Position numbers and translations under genes: made by a program
The notes under the pieces: generated by a model
What the model saw: only the letters and a program-made list of their open reading frames with translations
The model's database searches: none
What the model was told of the DNA's origin: nothing
Shown: positions 1 to 13,624 of the stretch, piece by piece
Position numbering within the stretch: the first letter of the stretch is position 1
How the letters are laid out: every line of letters begins with the position of its first letter
Source: Octopus sinensis
Lineage: Eukaryota
DNA length: 64,000 nt
Direction of reading: 5' to 3'
Assembly: GCF_006345805.1 (NCBI RefSeq)
Contig: NC_043007.1
Coordinates: 2,666,001 to 2,730,000 of the forward strand

Positions 1-1311
1 TCCGCATGTCAGACTTGATCCATTCTGGAGGGAATCAAATGCGAAATGGATCAGAGAAGGATACGTTCTGCCGGTTCAAGAAATTCTCAACATACGCTGT
101 ATATTTAGTCGGTTACCCTACAACTCCACGAAGGAGTTGAAAGCTCCAGGCAAAGCAATGCCACATATTGATTTATTTGATGACTTCATTACTGAGAGAA
201 ATATAGTTGTTTTATGATGAAACCGCAAAGCGCACTGAAACAATATCTATCGATCTTTACTTTTTCTGTTCCCTGTGAAACTGTATGGGAATATTGCTAG
301 CTGCTTTTGGCTGACCTGTGTAACAATTTTAATTAAATTACACACACAGTATGAGTTAAAGTCAGTCGGTGTGTTCTATGGCAATATTATAGCATCAAAA
401 ATGGACAGACATCAGTAGACTGTTAGATCACTATTGCAACAAAGAATGTGTTATTCGTATAAGCCGGCGTACCTAGTTTAATATAATCTCTCAAGATTAT
501 ATTACGGGGGTAAAATAAGATTGTTATTTAATAAATAGACATTCGTTGAATCAGAGGTAAAATAGAAATTATCTAATATACTAAGAGAGCAGAAGTTGAA
601 AGATTACTTAAAGTGTTTTCCGTTAGAAGATTTCGGTTGAAAAGGATTTTATTTGCAAAACAATATTCGCAAAGAAATTCTGGTAAAAAGAGAGAAGAGA
701 AGAGTTGTGCGCGGAAATTAAGAAGGAGGAAATAATAAAAATAGAGTGGTGGATAAAAGGTGGAACAGTATAAAGAAATGAATGAAGAAAAAGGTAAAGT
801 TATACTCACACCCCTATGAACATTCCTGCCACACTTTCTTTTTTCAATACGTGCATTTCGGTTGAAACGGAATTTCTTTGAAAGTAAAAATGATATATAA
901 TGAGATGGGAATAAATGGGATGCGTGTACGAGTGTGGCTGTGCGTTTGTGTATGTGTGTGAGAGAGGGAGAGAGACAGAGACAGAGAGACAAACAGAGAC
1001 AGAGAGATAGGCAGACAGAGAAAGGAAGAGAGAAAGAGAGGGAGAGAGAAAGAGGGAGATTGTTCTGTAAAGCAGTGAAAAAGTAGACTGAAGGAGAAAC
1101 AAAAAGAACAGATCGAAGGTAGATATAAAACAAAAGTACAGGTTCCTAGAAAACAAGAACTTAATACAGAAGAAGTGGAATGCATGTAAGCCACCGAAGG
1201 CTGGGATAAGTCGAAATGCAAAAAAGCCATCAATTAAGTGAATAAAAAGTACTCACATCTAATATTGCAGAACGATATAGAGTGAAAATATGGTACATTA
1301 AAAGCTTTCTG

Positions 1312-1312
1312 C

Positions 1313-1363
<51 letters not shown>

Positions 1364-1420
1364 GATCTATCTATCTATATATATATATATATATATAATA
1401 TATATATAATAAATATAAAT
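1312..1420. repeat. (TATC)n followed by (TA)n microsatellite
   Basis: Direct reading of tandem TATC then TA units. Confidence 0.95.
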
Positions 1421-1568
1421 ATATATTTAGATACGAAATAAAAGCAGCGCTGGTACAATAAATAGCATTAACTACTATACTTCACATATATGCTTCGTGT
1501 ATTTGCTGGCGGGTTGCTATTGCTGCAGTGGATATATACCCTCTCAAAGCGGCGTGTTAACATATATG

Positions 1569-1622
<54 letters not shown>

Positions 1623-1664
1623 CAATAATAATTCTCTAAATGAGATATAGACAGTGACTGCTCC

Positions 1665-1838
1665 ATAATATAAGGGACATTAGCCAACTGAATATGGCTA
1701 GGGACAGGGCAGGGTGGTGGGGGTGTCAATGTTGCATTAGCCCGTTGATGTTCGCCTGCGGCTAAATGCAACAGTGACACCCCCACCACCCTGCCCTGTC
1801 CCTAGCCATATTCAGTTGGCTAATGTCCCTTATATTAT
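1665..1838. repeat. Long inverted repeat (hairpin), arms ~78 bp, 17-nt loop
   Basis: ataatataagggacattagcc...gttgcattagcc (1665-1742) is the reverse complement of ggctaaatgcaac...cccttatattat (1760-1838), with one indel and one mismatch. Confidence 0.9.
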
Positions 1839-1915
1839 ATATATATATATATATATATGTATATACATTCATACATATATATGTATATATATAACATATA
1901 TAAGTATATATGTTG

Positions 1916-1997
<82 letters not shown>

Positions 1998-2339
1998 AAT
2001 AAAAAAGTTTCGAATGGTACAACATGCACTATATACAGATAATAATGGGCTATATACCTGTTGTAATTTAGTCATCTATAGTCTGATATGATATTTCGGA
2101 ATAATATTCCTTTTTCAGTTATTCTTAGAACTCTTTGCCAGGATCATATAGATTTGTTTTTATAACAGCCACATGATCTTAGAGTCAAAAATGAGGCACT
2201 GTTAGCTTTTGCGGGTAAACCTTTGAAGAAAAAGGAATTTCATTAATAAAATGGTTTCAGTATTAAGTTAGGAATATAAAATATAAAACTACAGTACTCT
2301 CTCTTATATATATATATAAATTAGAATAAATCACCTTTT

Positions 2340-2420
2340 ATCAAAACAAAATGAAAAATTAAATTACACCATCTACACCATCTAGAAAATTACATATAAT
2401 CGAAATTCCCTCAAATCACA
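2340..2420 (+). repeat. Dispersed repeat fragment (also at ~17100-17165), family unassigned
   Basis: Shared aaaatga..aattaaattacaccatctagaaaattacatataat at both loci, each following a (TA)n run. Confidence 0.6.
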
Positions 2421-3372
2421 CATATATATATATAAAACTATAAATAAGGATATCTGAGAGATGCCACCATGCCGAAATAGCAGTCAAGACCACGACTCCA
2501 AAAATCACTTTAAGTGTTCATATCGCACCATGAGATAAGACAGAGAGACAAAATAAACTAGCAGAAAAGATTTTACTGGATAATTCAAGATCCTTGATTT
2601 GTGGCTTTGCTCCCAATAAGCTCTGCCTTATGGTATTTATTCCCATGCTGGCCACTTGATAAGATCGATATTTAAATATCGATACTATCCTTATTTAGAA
2701 ATTTCTATATTCGTCATTGTATTCACTACGGTGTTTATTTTGACCATATCGCGCTCGTGAGGTGATTGGCGAGCAATATGAACTTGTCTTGTACATACTT
2801 GCATATATATAAATATATATATATATATAATATATATAATATATATATATATATGAGAGATATATATATATTATATCATATATTACCTAGGCATGGAGGT
2901 AGCTGCCTCGTGTAATTTCTGTCCCTTCTGTTCCTTTACTGATGAGCGCGTTGGCCTTTTGAAGATTGACTAGATTAAGTTTAATTTAATTTAATCAGGC
3001 TGGTTTACCATTAAAAACGCCGAAACAATGCATTGTCTAAAAAGAACAGGGTAATGTTTTTTTAATTTTTCCTTAGAGATTTCGGAATTACTACTATTTG
3101 CGGTTGGAGCCCTGGCTGCTATTTCTAGTGGGTCGAACGGCCTATTGTAGCCGTTCCTCAATTGTTGTTGAATTTATTCATAGTCTCTGACTATTTCCTC
3201 TTTCTCACTAGACCGCTGGTGGCAAAATAATTTCTATTGAATTTTTTGCTACCCTAAATTGATTAATATATATATATATGTAAAGACGTTCGTATATGTT
3301 AGTATAACGTGTGTTCTGTATATATATTTGTATTTATGTACCTATCTGGCATATTCAACTGACGAAGGCAGA

Positions 3373-3637
3373 GCTAAGTTACAGGGACGTAAACACACCT
3401 GCATCGGTTGTCAAATGATGTTGGGGAGGACAAACACAGACACACAAACACACTCACATATATATACATTTACATATATACGACGAGCTTCTTTCAGTTT
3501 CCGTCTACCAAATCCACTCATAAGGCCTTGGTCGGCCCGAAGCCATAGTAGAAGGCCCTTACCCAAGGTGCCATGCAGTGGGACTGAACCCGGAACCATG
3601 TGGTTCGTAAGCAAGCTACTTACCACACAGCCACTTC
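3373..3637 (-). mobile_element. tRNA-derived CORE-type SINE (octopus OR-like), 3' part truncated
   Basis: Minus strand reads tRNA-like head (gtggctgtgtggtaagtagc...ggttccgggttcagtccc), CORE-like ccttgggtaagg block, internal microsatellite, then partial 3' domain; homologous to other copies in the window. Confidence 0.85.
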
Positions 3638-4351
3638 TACTCTCCAAAATCAAAAAAAGTTTATAGTGCATGTACCCCCACAAACGTCTGAACAAAAGAT
3701 CAATGTATCATATATTTCAGAAAAAAAGTGAAACTAAAATGAACATTTTGGTTTTGCATTCATCATGCCGAGATACCAAATTACCATTTTAGTGTCACGG
3801 AGTCATCATTATTTTATTTCAAATTAGGTAAAATATGACAAGATTACCCAAGGTGAAAGCTCCCGAGCATTAGTAGAACCGAATTATATTTATAAGCTAA
3901 ATTGACTTGAATTAACCTCCTACGATGGCTTAAACTGTTCAGAGTTTTAAGCTGGTTTTGGTTCGTGAAAGAAATACATAATACAGGAAGAATTACAGAA
4001 ACATAATATTTATAAAATATTATTTATTATTGATTTGGAAACAGCACGACATAAATCAGATACAAATATAGGAAACCATTAGGATGTGGGTGGCGAGTTC
4101 TACAGGACATTTGTAATAATATTTTAAAGAATTCGTTTGTCATTCGTAAGAGAGAACATAAAAATATAAAGTCACATAAATGTTGAGTTTGCCTCGCAAA
4201 CCAGCAGATCTGGGTTCGATATTTCTATGTGGGGTTTTGAGCTGGTGTTATAGGCTCTGTATTTCTGATTGAGAAATACATTGAAGGTAGCATTTAGTTG
4301 GGCAGAAGCCCACAAAGGATTGTGCGTGTGTGATTGTGGATTGTGTGTGGG

Positions 4352-4384
<33 letters not shown>

Positions 4385-4385
<1 letters not shown>

Positions 4386-4815
4386 CTCTTTTATACTCTT
4401 TTTCTCTTTTACTTTTTTCAAATAATTTGACTGCGGCCATGCTGGAGAACGCCTTTAGTCGTGGGAACCGGCCCTTGGGGGTCGGGCAAATCGACCCCGG
4501 ACTTATTCTTTGTAAGCCCAGTACTTATTCTATCGTCTCTTTGCCGAACCGCTAAGTGACGGGGACATAACACCCGCCTCGGTTGTCAAGCAATGCAGGT
4601 GGACCAACACAGACACACAAACATATACACACACACTTATATATATATATACATATATACGACAGGCTTCTTTCAGTTTCCGTCTACCAATCCACTCACA
4701 AGCTTTGGCCGGCCCGGGGCTATAGCAGAAGACACTTGCCGAATGCCACGCAGTGGGACTGAACCGGAACCATGTGGCTGGTTAGCAAGCTACTTACCAT
4801 ACAGCCACTCCTGCG

Positions 4816-4818
<3 letters not shown>
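4385..4818 (-). mobile_element. Full-length composite tRNA-derived SINE (head + internal (TA)/(TG) microsatellite + 3' domain)
   Basis: Head aggcgcaggagtggctgt..., internal microsatellite at ~4610-4660, 3' domain ...ctccagcatggccgcagtcaaat...; matches the copies at 37363 and 54495. Confidence 0.9.
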
Positions 4819-4857
<39 letters not shown>

Positions 4858-5102
4858 ATATATATAATATATAAATATATGCATATGTGTACATACCTAC
4901 ATATATATGTATATACATGTATATATGGTACAGGACATCAAAACAACGTTCAAAACAATGAGAAACGAAAACATAAAAAAAAAAACATAGAAACGAACTT
5001 TTTCTCAAGCAACGAAAAAAACCCCAGAGAAACAAGAGATACAACACAGGAAATATTCCCCTTCTTCAGTTGTCTCAGTTTCATCTACTCCGCGTTCCAA
5101 AG

Positions 5103-5208
5103 GTACGTATGTATCTATCTATTAATCAATCAATCAATCACTCAATATACATATTGAGTGATTGATTGATTGATTAATTAATAGATAGATACATACATAC
5201 ATACGTAC
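5103..5208. repeat. Near-perfect palindrome (2-nt centre) built partly of TCAA/TTGA units
   Basis: gtacgtatgtatctatctattaatcaatcaatcaatcactcaatat-ac-atattgagtgattgattgattgatt...atagatagatacatac...gtac. Confidence 0.85.
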
Positions 5209-5260
5209 ATATATGCATACCTGCATACATACATGTATACATATAGATATAAATATTAAA

Positions 5261-5340
5261 TGTATATGTAAATGCGCGTGTGTTCATTTATCCATTTATA
5301 CATAGAAATATGCTTCTAAATATATCTACATGTACATTAT

Positions 5341-5372
<32 letters not shown>

Positions 5373-5449
5373 ATGTACATGTAGATATATTTAGAAGCAT
5401 ATTTCTATGTATAAATGTATAAATGAACACACGCGCATTTACATATACA
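5261..5449. repeat. Inverted repeat, ~79-bp arms centred on (TA)n
   Basis: 5261-5339 is the reverse complement of 5371-5449 with one mismatch; the centre is a TA run. Confidence 0.9.
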
Positions 5450-5461
5450 CATGTATATACA

Positions 5462-5548
<87 letters not shown>

Positions 5549-5617
5549 ATATCTATCTATCTGTCTATTTATCTATCTATCTATCTGTCTATCTATCCAT
5601 CTATCTATCTATCTGTA

Positions 5618-5660
<43 letters not shown>
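5462..5660. repeat. (TATC)n microsatellite
   Basis: Direct reading. Confidence 0.95.
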
Positions 5661-7609
5661 ATTATGTATGTATATATATATGTGTGTGTGTGTGGCGGTA
5701 TTTGAAGGTGCGTATTAAAAAAAATTGGTTAAATATATGCGAACACTCAGATAACAATAAATTCAGAGTATTAGACGATGAGAACAAGAATGGTGAAGAA
5801 TTATATCTTTAGTTGATGATTCCGCCATATACAACCAACAATTGTTTCAATTGTGCCAGCATATTTCAAAGTCGAAAACCGGTGTAAAACAAGAATAAAA
5901 TAACAATCAAAGTAATATGTCCGAAAATATATGCTGACTCAAAATTATCAACATAATCCAAAGCCAAATTCAAAGTGAACCAATGAAATATCTCTTATAG
6001 ATGAACATAAGCAAATTAAGAAGAAATATAATATTCTAAGAAAAGTCTGTTTATTATTTGACTTTTGATGATGTCAGTATGAAAGTTTGAGTACGTGTAT
6101 ATAAATGCGTGGAATAAACCAGTGAGATTAGACATGAAATCTCACTTGATTAATAGGTTTCTCTGCGGGTGCGCATGCGTGAGCATTGAAGATCTGTACC
6201 CCAGTGATTAGTCATCTAAAATCTTTTATTATAATGTCGAATTCACGATTCCACTCCCAAAATATATGTATTTTAAATGCGTTTTATTCATTGGATTACA
6301 ATTCTAATTGGAATTTCTTATATTACTACACTGTAGAATAAATTGAAGACTTTTAGCCAGCACTCTCTTCTACAAACTTCTCAATTCTCTTAAAGAACAT
6401 TATGATGTATAAAAGCCAGTTGTTTATGGCAGTCTAGTGTAGTTAATTTACTTTAATTTACACGTCTTGTCCTCTCTAAAACCATAACTTTACACAATAT
6501 TACATCGAATCTAAACAGCGTTTAATGCGTCAGTAATTTTACATAGTTATTATCCAGTATTGTACACATCACGTCAGAATGTTAGTCTAGTGGCAAGCCA
6601 AAAGTTTGTGTGAAATGTTTAGGAAACAAACTAAACAGAGTAGAAGAAACAAAGGATGTTTCTGTCGGTGCAGTATAAACAATATCTGATAAATTTCTAT
6701 GAAATTTCAAATGATAAAGATTATATTTATTTGAAGAAATATTTCTCTAACGTTATATTCGTCACTCTTGACAGTAGGCTGCTATTATTGCTGTTGAAGT
6801 TCTAGTAGTGTTAGCGAAGTTTTATCTTTGTATCAAATAGAATAAGAGTTTATCAAGTAAATAATCTAGCGCTTCCATTGTAGATGTATTTCAGAATATC
6901 TGCGCAAGTATCAAATACAACAAAGCGCTTCTCCTTTACACTTTCCTATCCTCTTTCCCACAGTTCAATCCCCGTATGTATCTATTATTTTCTATTTGAT
7001 TTCTCTGTATTACGCCTCATTCCTTTCTTTTCATTTTGTCTCTTTCCACACACACACACACACGCACACACACATTATATATGGTTGGGTGCCTGTGTGT
7101 GTATATGTGTGTGTATGTGCATACGACCAAGTCTACCCCTGTTTCTGTTGCTCTCTTCACTCTTCCTATCAAAATATCCTTTCTTTCCATTTATCGTCTG
7201 CTATGTTGATTCCATTTTGTTTTCGCATTCCTGCCTTTTTAATGCTTTTGTTATTCGTTCCTATCGTTATATAGTTATCGTTTTTATCATCATTATCAGC
7301 AGCAACATGTTCAAATATTTTCTTTTCTCTTGAAATATCGCCATACCCTCACCGCTCTCTTCCAGCCAGACAACGTGATCGGTGAAAGTTTCCGTTAGCA
7401 ATACATATAGATCAAGTGGTAGGTAAAGGTGTTGGCGTTCTCGGAGAAAATCTAACAGTGGACAAGAGTGTAGTAGCTGGTCTGTTTGGGAAGACTAGTG
7501 GACTGGGGACTAATCAGATAAATTCCAGAAATCCCCCGCCAAGCAGGGATAATGAGAGTTACTCCCATTCAAAATAAAAGCTACAGACACGGAAATGCCT
7601 CTTGAAGCG

Positions 7610-7755
7610 ACCGCGCAATAAAACGCACTGTACGCACATGAGCGGTGCCCGAGCTATGTCGACTCGTGCAGTTATGTTGAACAGCTGTTATCACGTGTGG
7701 GATGAATCTGGCTATCGGCCGAGCCCATCGTGATGATCGCCTCTGCCGTTCCTAT
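7610..7755 (+). mobile_element. Diverged Tx1-like LINE fragment (3' end of ORF2)
   Basis: gttatgttgaacagctgttatcacgtgtgggatgaatctggctatcggccgag aligns with cttatgtcgaacaactgctgtcacgtgtgggacgagtcggtttatcagctgag at ~28523-28575. Confidence 0.6.
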
Positions 7756-7814
7756 TGCTAAACATTGTATAATATATATATATATCTATAATATATATAT
7801 ATATATATATATAT

Positions 7815-7858
<44 letters not shown>

Positions 7859-7878
7859 ATATATTATGTATACATATA

Positions 7879-7917
<39 letters not shown>

Positions 7918-7957
7918 TTGGAAATGATGCGTGGTGTTCAATCAAATAATAATATCC

Positions 7958-8012
<55 letters not shown>

Positions 8013-8732
8013 TATATATATATGCATATATAGACACACACACATATGTATATGAATATAGATATGTATAAATCGGTATTGGACGTCACACAAGTGTGAA
8101 CAAAAATGAAATACGAAGTTAACATTGGGTGTGCAAAACAAACGAGAGAAACGAATGGAAAACAAAATAAGTAACATAAAAGAATGTCCCTTCATCAGTT
8201 GTTGGCTGTCTTTCTGCTCCTTATTTCGAGCATTCAAACAACAAGATAAGACTCTGAACTCAGATGCTCCCGCGAACCGAAATAAACAAATCTGGGATAT
8301 GTGGAGGGTCAAAGTTGGTAACAAAAACAGGACATACAACAACCGAAACTAAACGAATACAAACAAGGAGGTGTGTTAGGCAAAGGCAAGGTAAAAATGA
8401 TGAACGCTTGAAGAAGATTCTTTGATAAGAGAAAAGAGAGGACACAGGTACATATGTGTCCCAACTACGCAAGAGATTGAGTGAAAGAAAGATTACGTGA
8501 AGAAAGGAAGGTTGGACGATGGTCACGTGTGAGCAACGAGAAATAGTAAAGGAAGAAGAAGAAGAGTGAGACAGACAGATAGAAAACTGTGAGGGGAAAC
8601 AAGAAACGAAAAGAGAGAAACAGAGATAGCAGGGAGAGAGGAACTAGTAAAAATAAAGCTGCATCGATTATATTAACAAAAAACTTACTTGGAAATGAAT
8701 GCGCGGCGTTCAATCAAATAAGGATATACATA

Positions 8733-8776
<44 letters not shown>

Positions 8777-10760
8777 AATATTAGGGAATGAATCCAAATT
8801 ACAGGGAAAATCAGATATATATAAGTTATTAAAAGAATATTCTCGAAGCAATGAGAAATATGTACTACCATAGGTTTATCAAAGGGCTCGCTTCAATCCC
8901 AGGGAATACAAGAGGGAAACCTCTGTGTATGTATGTGGGAGTGTGTTTGGATGGATGTACATGTGACGGGGTGTATGTGTGTGCGTGTTTGTGTAAGCAT
9001 AACTGTATGTATGTATATATCTACATTCGTATTGATATTGGTGCCTACTGTCATTTGGTGCAGAATATCTAGTTATTTGAGCAACTGAATTACCTTCTAT
9101 GCAATTATTGTGTAAATGAAGGAACATTCCGTAGAGATCTCTACTCCTACCATAATTCCCAGCACATTTCGTGAGACAAATCTGTATCTTTTGAATTACC
9201 AGTAGAATACAAAAAAAAAATGTGATTCTCAAGAGATTACATCCATAAGATATGGCTCTATTCCTATCAACAGAATATGAATACGTTGACATGCGCACAT
9301 CTATACAGATACATTCACCTGTATGCAAACGCACACAAACACATGCATACTTGAAATCGTACCTAATATCTTCATTACTTAAAGTAATTAGATTCCTTGC
9401 CCTTAGCTTACATTAATTAAATATTTCTCATAAATGCATCCTTCTTTTCAAATTTTATTGAAAATTATACTTAATCATTCCTGATGGTAAGTGTATTTTC
9501 TGTTGTTTTTATGGTGTTTTTTTTTATTAACGACTTATTGATCTCCCGTCATAACATCTAAATATATGAAACGTGGTCTTAGTTTTGTTTTATTGTGTTC
9601 TCTGATGGAGCATATTAATAGACATAGAAAAAATTGCAATTGTTACAAAGGTTGTTCTTTGGATCTCCATAATTTTTGACATTTTAATTATTTTTCTGAA
9701 GTTTTCATTATTGATATGAAATTGGAATGTATTGTTTTACCGAACGTAAGCTGTGATTGACTTTCGCATTATGGTTGACATCAAATACAACATATATGGT
9801 TTCGTTTTTCTCTCTGCCAATCATGAAAAAATTAATATATCGACTGAGAGTACATGAGACGCAAATCAAAGATTCCTTTGATAGAAGTAAAAAGTTGTAA
9901 ACGGCGTAGGCGTTTTCACGTTTCAAACACTTCTTTACATAAGACCAATATCATTCTGTATTCTTTTAGATATATTTTATATAATAAATAAGTTTTAATT
10001 TTAAAAACTCTTCCTTCGCATGATATGACTACTAAGAATATTTTTTAAAATCTACAAAGGGCAGTGGATATAGTATAAATATTAAATACATTTAATACAA
10101 AAAATGTATATATGTATACATATAAAATGAATTCGAGTTACACAGAATGGAAATGATATCAGGATTTCTGGGGTTTTGGTGGTCTAAAATATTGCTTGTA
10201 ACTTAATTCCATCATCAGATACTACCAGCTTCCAGCTTCAGGGAAGAATTTTACATTTAAGGTATTATATATATATATAATATATATATATATATTATAT
10301 AATGAGGGTGAAAAGTTGATATTAGTTAAATAATACCATTAATTTAACACCGAGCGGCTTAGCACAAAAAACTATGGAGAAATATTTGATACAGCATACG
10401 TTTCCAAAGAGTCTTGGCATGCTTTTGGCGGGGAATTTGAGGCATAACTAAAAATGCAATTGATTAAACCGCACGTGTTTTTGACGCTAGTGTTGGTCTA
10501 ATTAATTGTATTAAAGACAAACCTCTGCTGATGATTTATAGATGTTTATGTAAGTAAAATTACATATTACATTAGTAATGAAACAATTTGTTCAGGGTCA
10601 ATCTATTTATTCGTTATATTTCACTTTCCTTCCGTTAAATGTATGTTATTTCTAATTGGAAACATCTTTTTCTGTGTTATACTATCGGAGCTATTTTTAG
10701 CACTAGAGCTATCCACATAGTGGTTAACTCTCTAATAATTTATGTATATATACATATATA

Positions 10761-10793
<33 letters not shown>

Positions 10794-11284
10794 ATATATA
10801 TCTATATATATATATATATAAAACATACAACAAACAGAATTATTCGAAATGCAAACGTAGTTTTCAATCCAATGGCAGCCTGTTGGCAATCTGATTATAT
10901 CTTGGTATTTTGTCCATTTTACGAAAAACATGATTTTCGAGAAGAAACTCCAGAGAAGCCGAAGGAAAATGATAAATGTCAATAGAAGGAAGAATTAATG
11001 CGACTGTTCACATAATGTAATTTGTAATATGGAAGAAATAACTTGTTTCTATTTATATGGCTAATATATTCGCAGGAAGATATTGAAATATTTCATAGTT
11101 TAATCACATCAGACATGTTTTATTGTCTATAAACATTTAGCTTTTAACTATAATTAAACTTGGGGAATAATAATATATCAATTTTCATGCGATAACGATT
11201 TAAAATGACGGTAAATCAACGAAAACTTTGTTAATAAGATTGCACTCGAGCAGCGTTTATTTTAAACTGACCAATCAATAATGT

Positions 11285-11612
11285 CAGGGCAGGTGCTTTA
11301 GTGGTAAATGCATTCGGCTCCCGATGGTAAAGTCATGAGTTCGGTCCTGGCGGTGTGTTGTGGCTTTGAGCAAGACACTTTATTTCACGATCGTCCTGCT
11401 CCGCCTTTTATCAAAAATGTGTTGTACATGTAGTTTAATAGGCCAAACTTGGCACATTTGGTGGGTTACGCTCAAATCCTTCGAGAACTACAATAATGGC
11501 ACGCATGTATGAAGACCCTCTCAGCTACATTCACATCAGTTTCACAAGCAGGCCGTTCCGTTGACCGGATCACGTTGACCACACGTCATCGTCGCTGATG
11601 AAATGCCCAGCC
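11285..11612 (+). mobile_element. tRNA-derived SINE (degenerate)
   Basis: A-box-like ttagtggt, B-box-like gagttcggtcc, CORE/V-like ctttgagcaagacactttatttcacg. Confidence 0.7.
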
Positions 11613-11854
11613 TCCCAATATTAATTCCAGTGCACCGGTATTTAATAATCTTCTATCCTTTCTCATTTGACATATAGTCAAAGGCGGCTATATATATAAA
11701 AAGGCGAAGAAATGTAACTTTCATCCACTTTTTCATAAATTCGATAACGGAAGAATGCGCTTCAAGTTGAAATTGAAATAAAAATATATATAATCATTCA
11801 ATATTCTGACTACCTTATTATTCTAAATAAACAATATCAGTACATCAATTGAAA

Positions 11855-11918
<64 letters not shown>

Positions 11919-12158
11919 TATATATATAACAGCACGATGCTTTGTCAGTGAACAGGTCGCGTCTCAAAGCGACGAAAATATATTGACATATCAAATTTAA
12001 ATGTTAAAGTGAATCTAACGGTTTTGTGTGTTTCTTAATGGCTTACAAACACCTTCCACGCTGCAATTGTTTTTGTTCCAGCACACGGTCTCAGATCAAG
12101 TCACTCGCTATGCAAGTACGTCTCCGTAATATATATAACAGATATATGAAATATATTC

Positions 12159-12191
<33 letters not shown>

Positions 12192-12195
12192 ATAT

Positions 12196-12229
<34 letters not shown>

Positions 12230-12700
12230 ATATATATATATAAAACATACAACAAACAGAATTTTCGAAATGCAAACGTAGTTTTCATCCAATGCAGCCT
12301 GTTGGCAATCTGATTATATCTTGGTATTTTGTCCATTTTACGAAAAACATGATTTTCGAGAAGAAACTCCAGAGAAGCCGAAGGAAAATGAAAATGTCAA
12401 TAGAAGGAAGAATTAATGCGACTGTTCACATATGTAATTTGTAATTATGGAAGAAATAACTTGTTTCTATTTATATGGCTAATATATTCGCAGGAAGATA
12501 TTCAAATATTTCATAGTTTAACCACATCAGACATGTTTTATTGTCTATAAACATTTAGCTTTTAACTATAATTAAACTTGGGGAATAATAAATATCAATT
12601 TTCATGCGATAACGATTTAAAATGACGGTAAATCAACGAAAACTTTGTTAATAAGATTGCACTCGAGCAGCGTTATTTTAAACTGACCAATCAATAATGT

Positions 12701-13025
12701 CAGGGCAGGTGCTTTAGTGGTAAATGCATTCGGCTCCCGATGGTAAAGTCATGAGTTCGGTCCTGGCGGTGTGTTGTGGCTTTGAGCAATACACTTTATT
12801 TCACGATCGTCCTGCTCCGCCTTTTATCAAAAATGTGTTGTACTGTAGGTTAATAGGCCAAACTTGGCACATTTGGTGGGTTACGCTCAAATCCTTCAGA
12901 ACTACAATAATGGCACGCATGTATGAAGACCCTCTCAGCTACATTCACATCAGTTTCACAAGCAGCCCGTTCCGTTGACCGGATCACGTTGACACACGTC
13001 ATCGTGTCTGATGAAATGCCAGCCT
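12701..13025 (+). mobile_element. tRNA-derived SINE, second copy inside the tandem duplication
   Basis: Near-identical to 11285-11612. Confidence 0.7.
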
Positions 13026-13262
13026 CCAATATTAATTCAGTGCACCGGTATTTAATAATCTTCTATCCTTTCTCATTTGACATATAGTCAAAGGCGGCTA
13101 TATATATAAAAAGGCGAAGAAATGTAACTTTCATCCACTTTTTCATAAATTCGATAACGGAAGAAGCGCTTCAAGTTGAAATTGAAATAAAAATATATAT
13201 AATCATTCAATATTCTGACTACCTTATGATTCTAAATAACAATACAGTCACTCAATTGAAAA

Positions 13263-13296
<34 letters not shown>

Positions 13297-13305
13297 ATCT
13301 ATCAT

Positions 13306-13350
<45 letters not shown>

Positions 13351-13576
13351 ACAGCACGAGCTTTGTCAGTGAACAGGTCGCGGTCTCAAAGCGACGAAAA
13401 TATTTGACATATCAAATTTAATGTTAAAGTGAATCTAACGTTTTTGTGTGTTTCTTAAATGGCTTACAAACACCTTCCACGCTGCAATTGTTTTTGTTCC
13501 AGCACACGGTCTCAGATCAAGTCACTCGCTATGCAAGTACGTCTCCGTAATATATATAACAGATATATGAAATATA

Positions 13577-13624
<48 letters not shown>

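Larger units (their letters stand above)
10820..13581. repeat. Head-to-tail tandem duplication, unit ~1.42 kb, bounded by (TA)n
   Basis: aaacatacaacaaacagaatt at ~10821 and ~12243; both units end gatatatgaaatatattcat; differences are mostly 1-nt indels. Confidence 0.95.

Noticed and set aside
5040-5105. CTGAAGA (minus strand) as a hammerhead core; similarly CTGATGA near 8185 (minus) and 2939 (plus)
   Set aside because: No stem II plus GAAA in the required position; cannot be folded into a hammerhead
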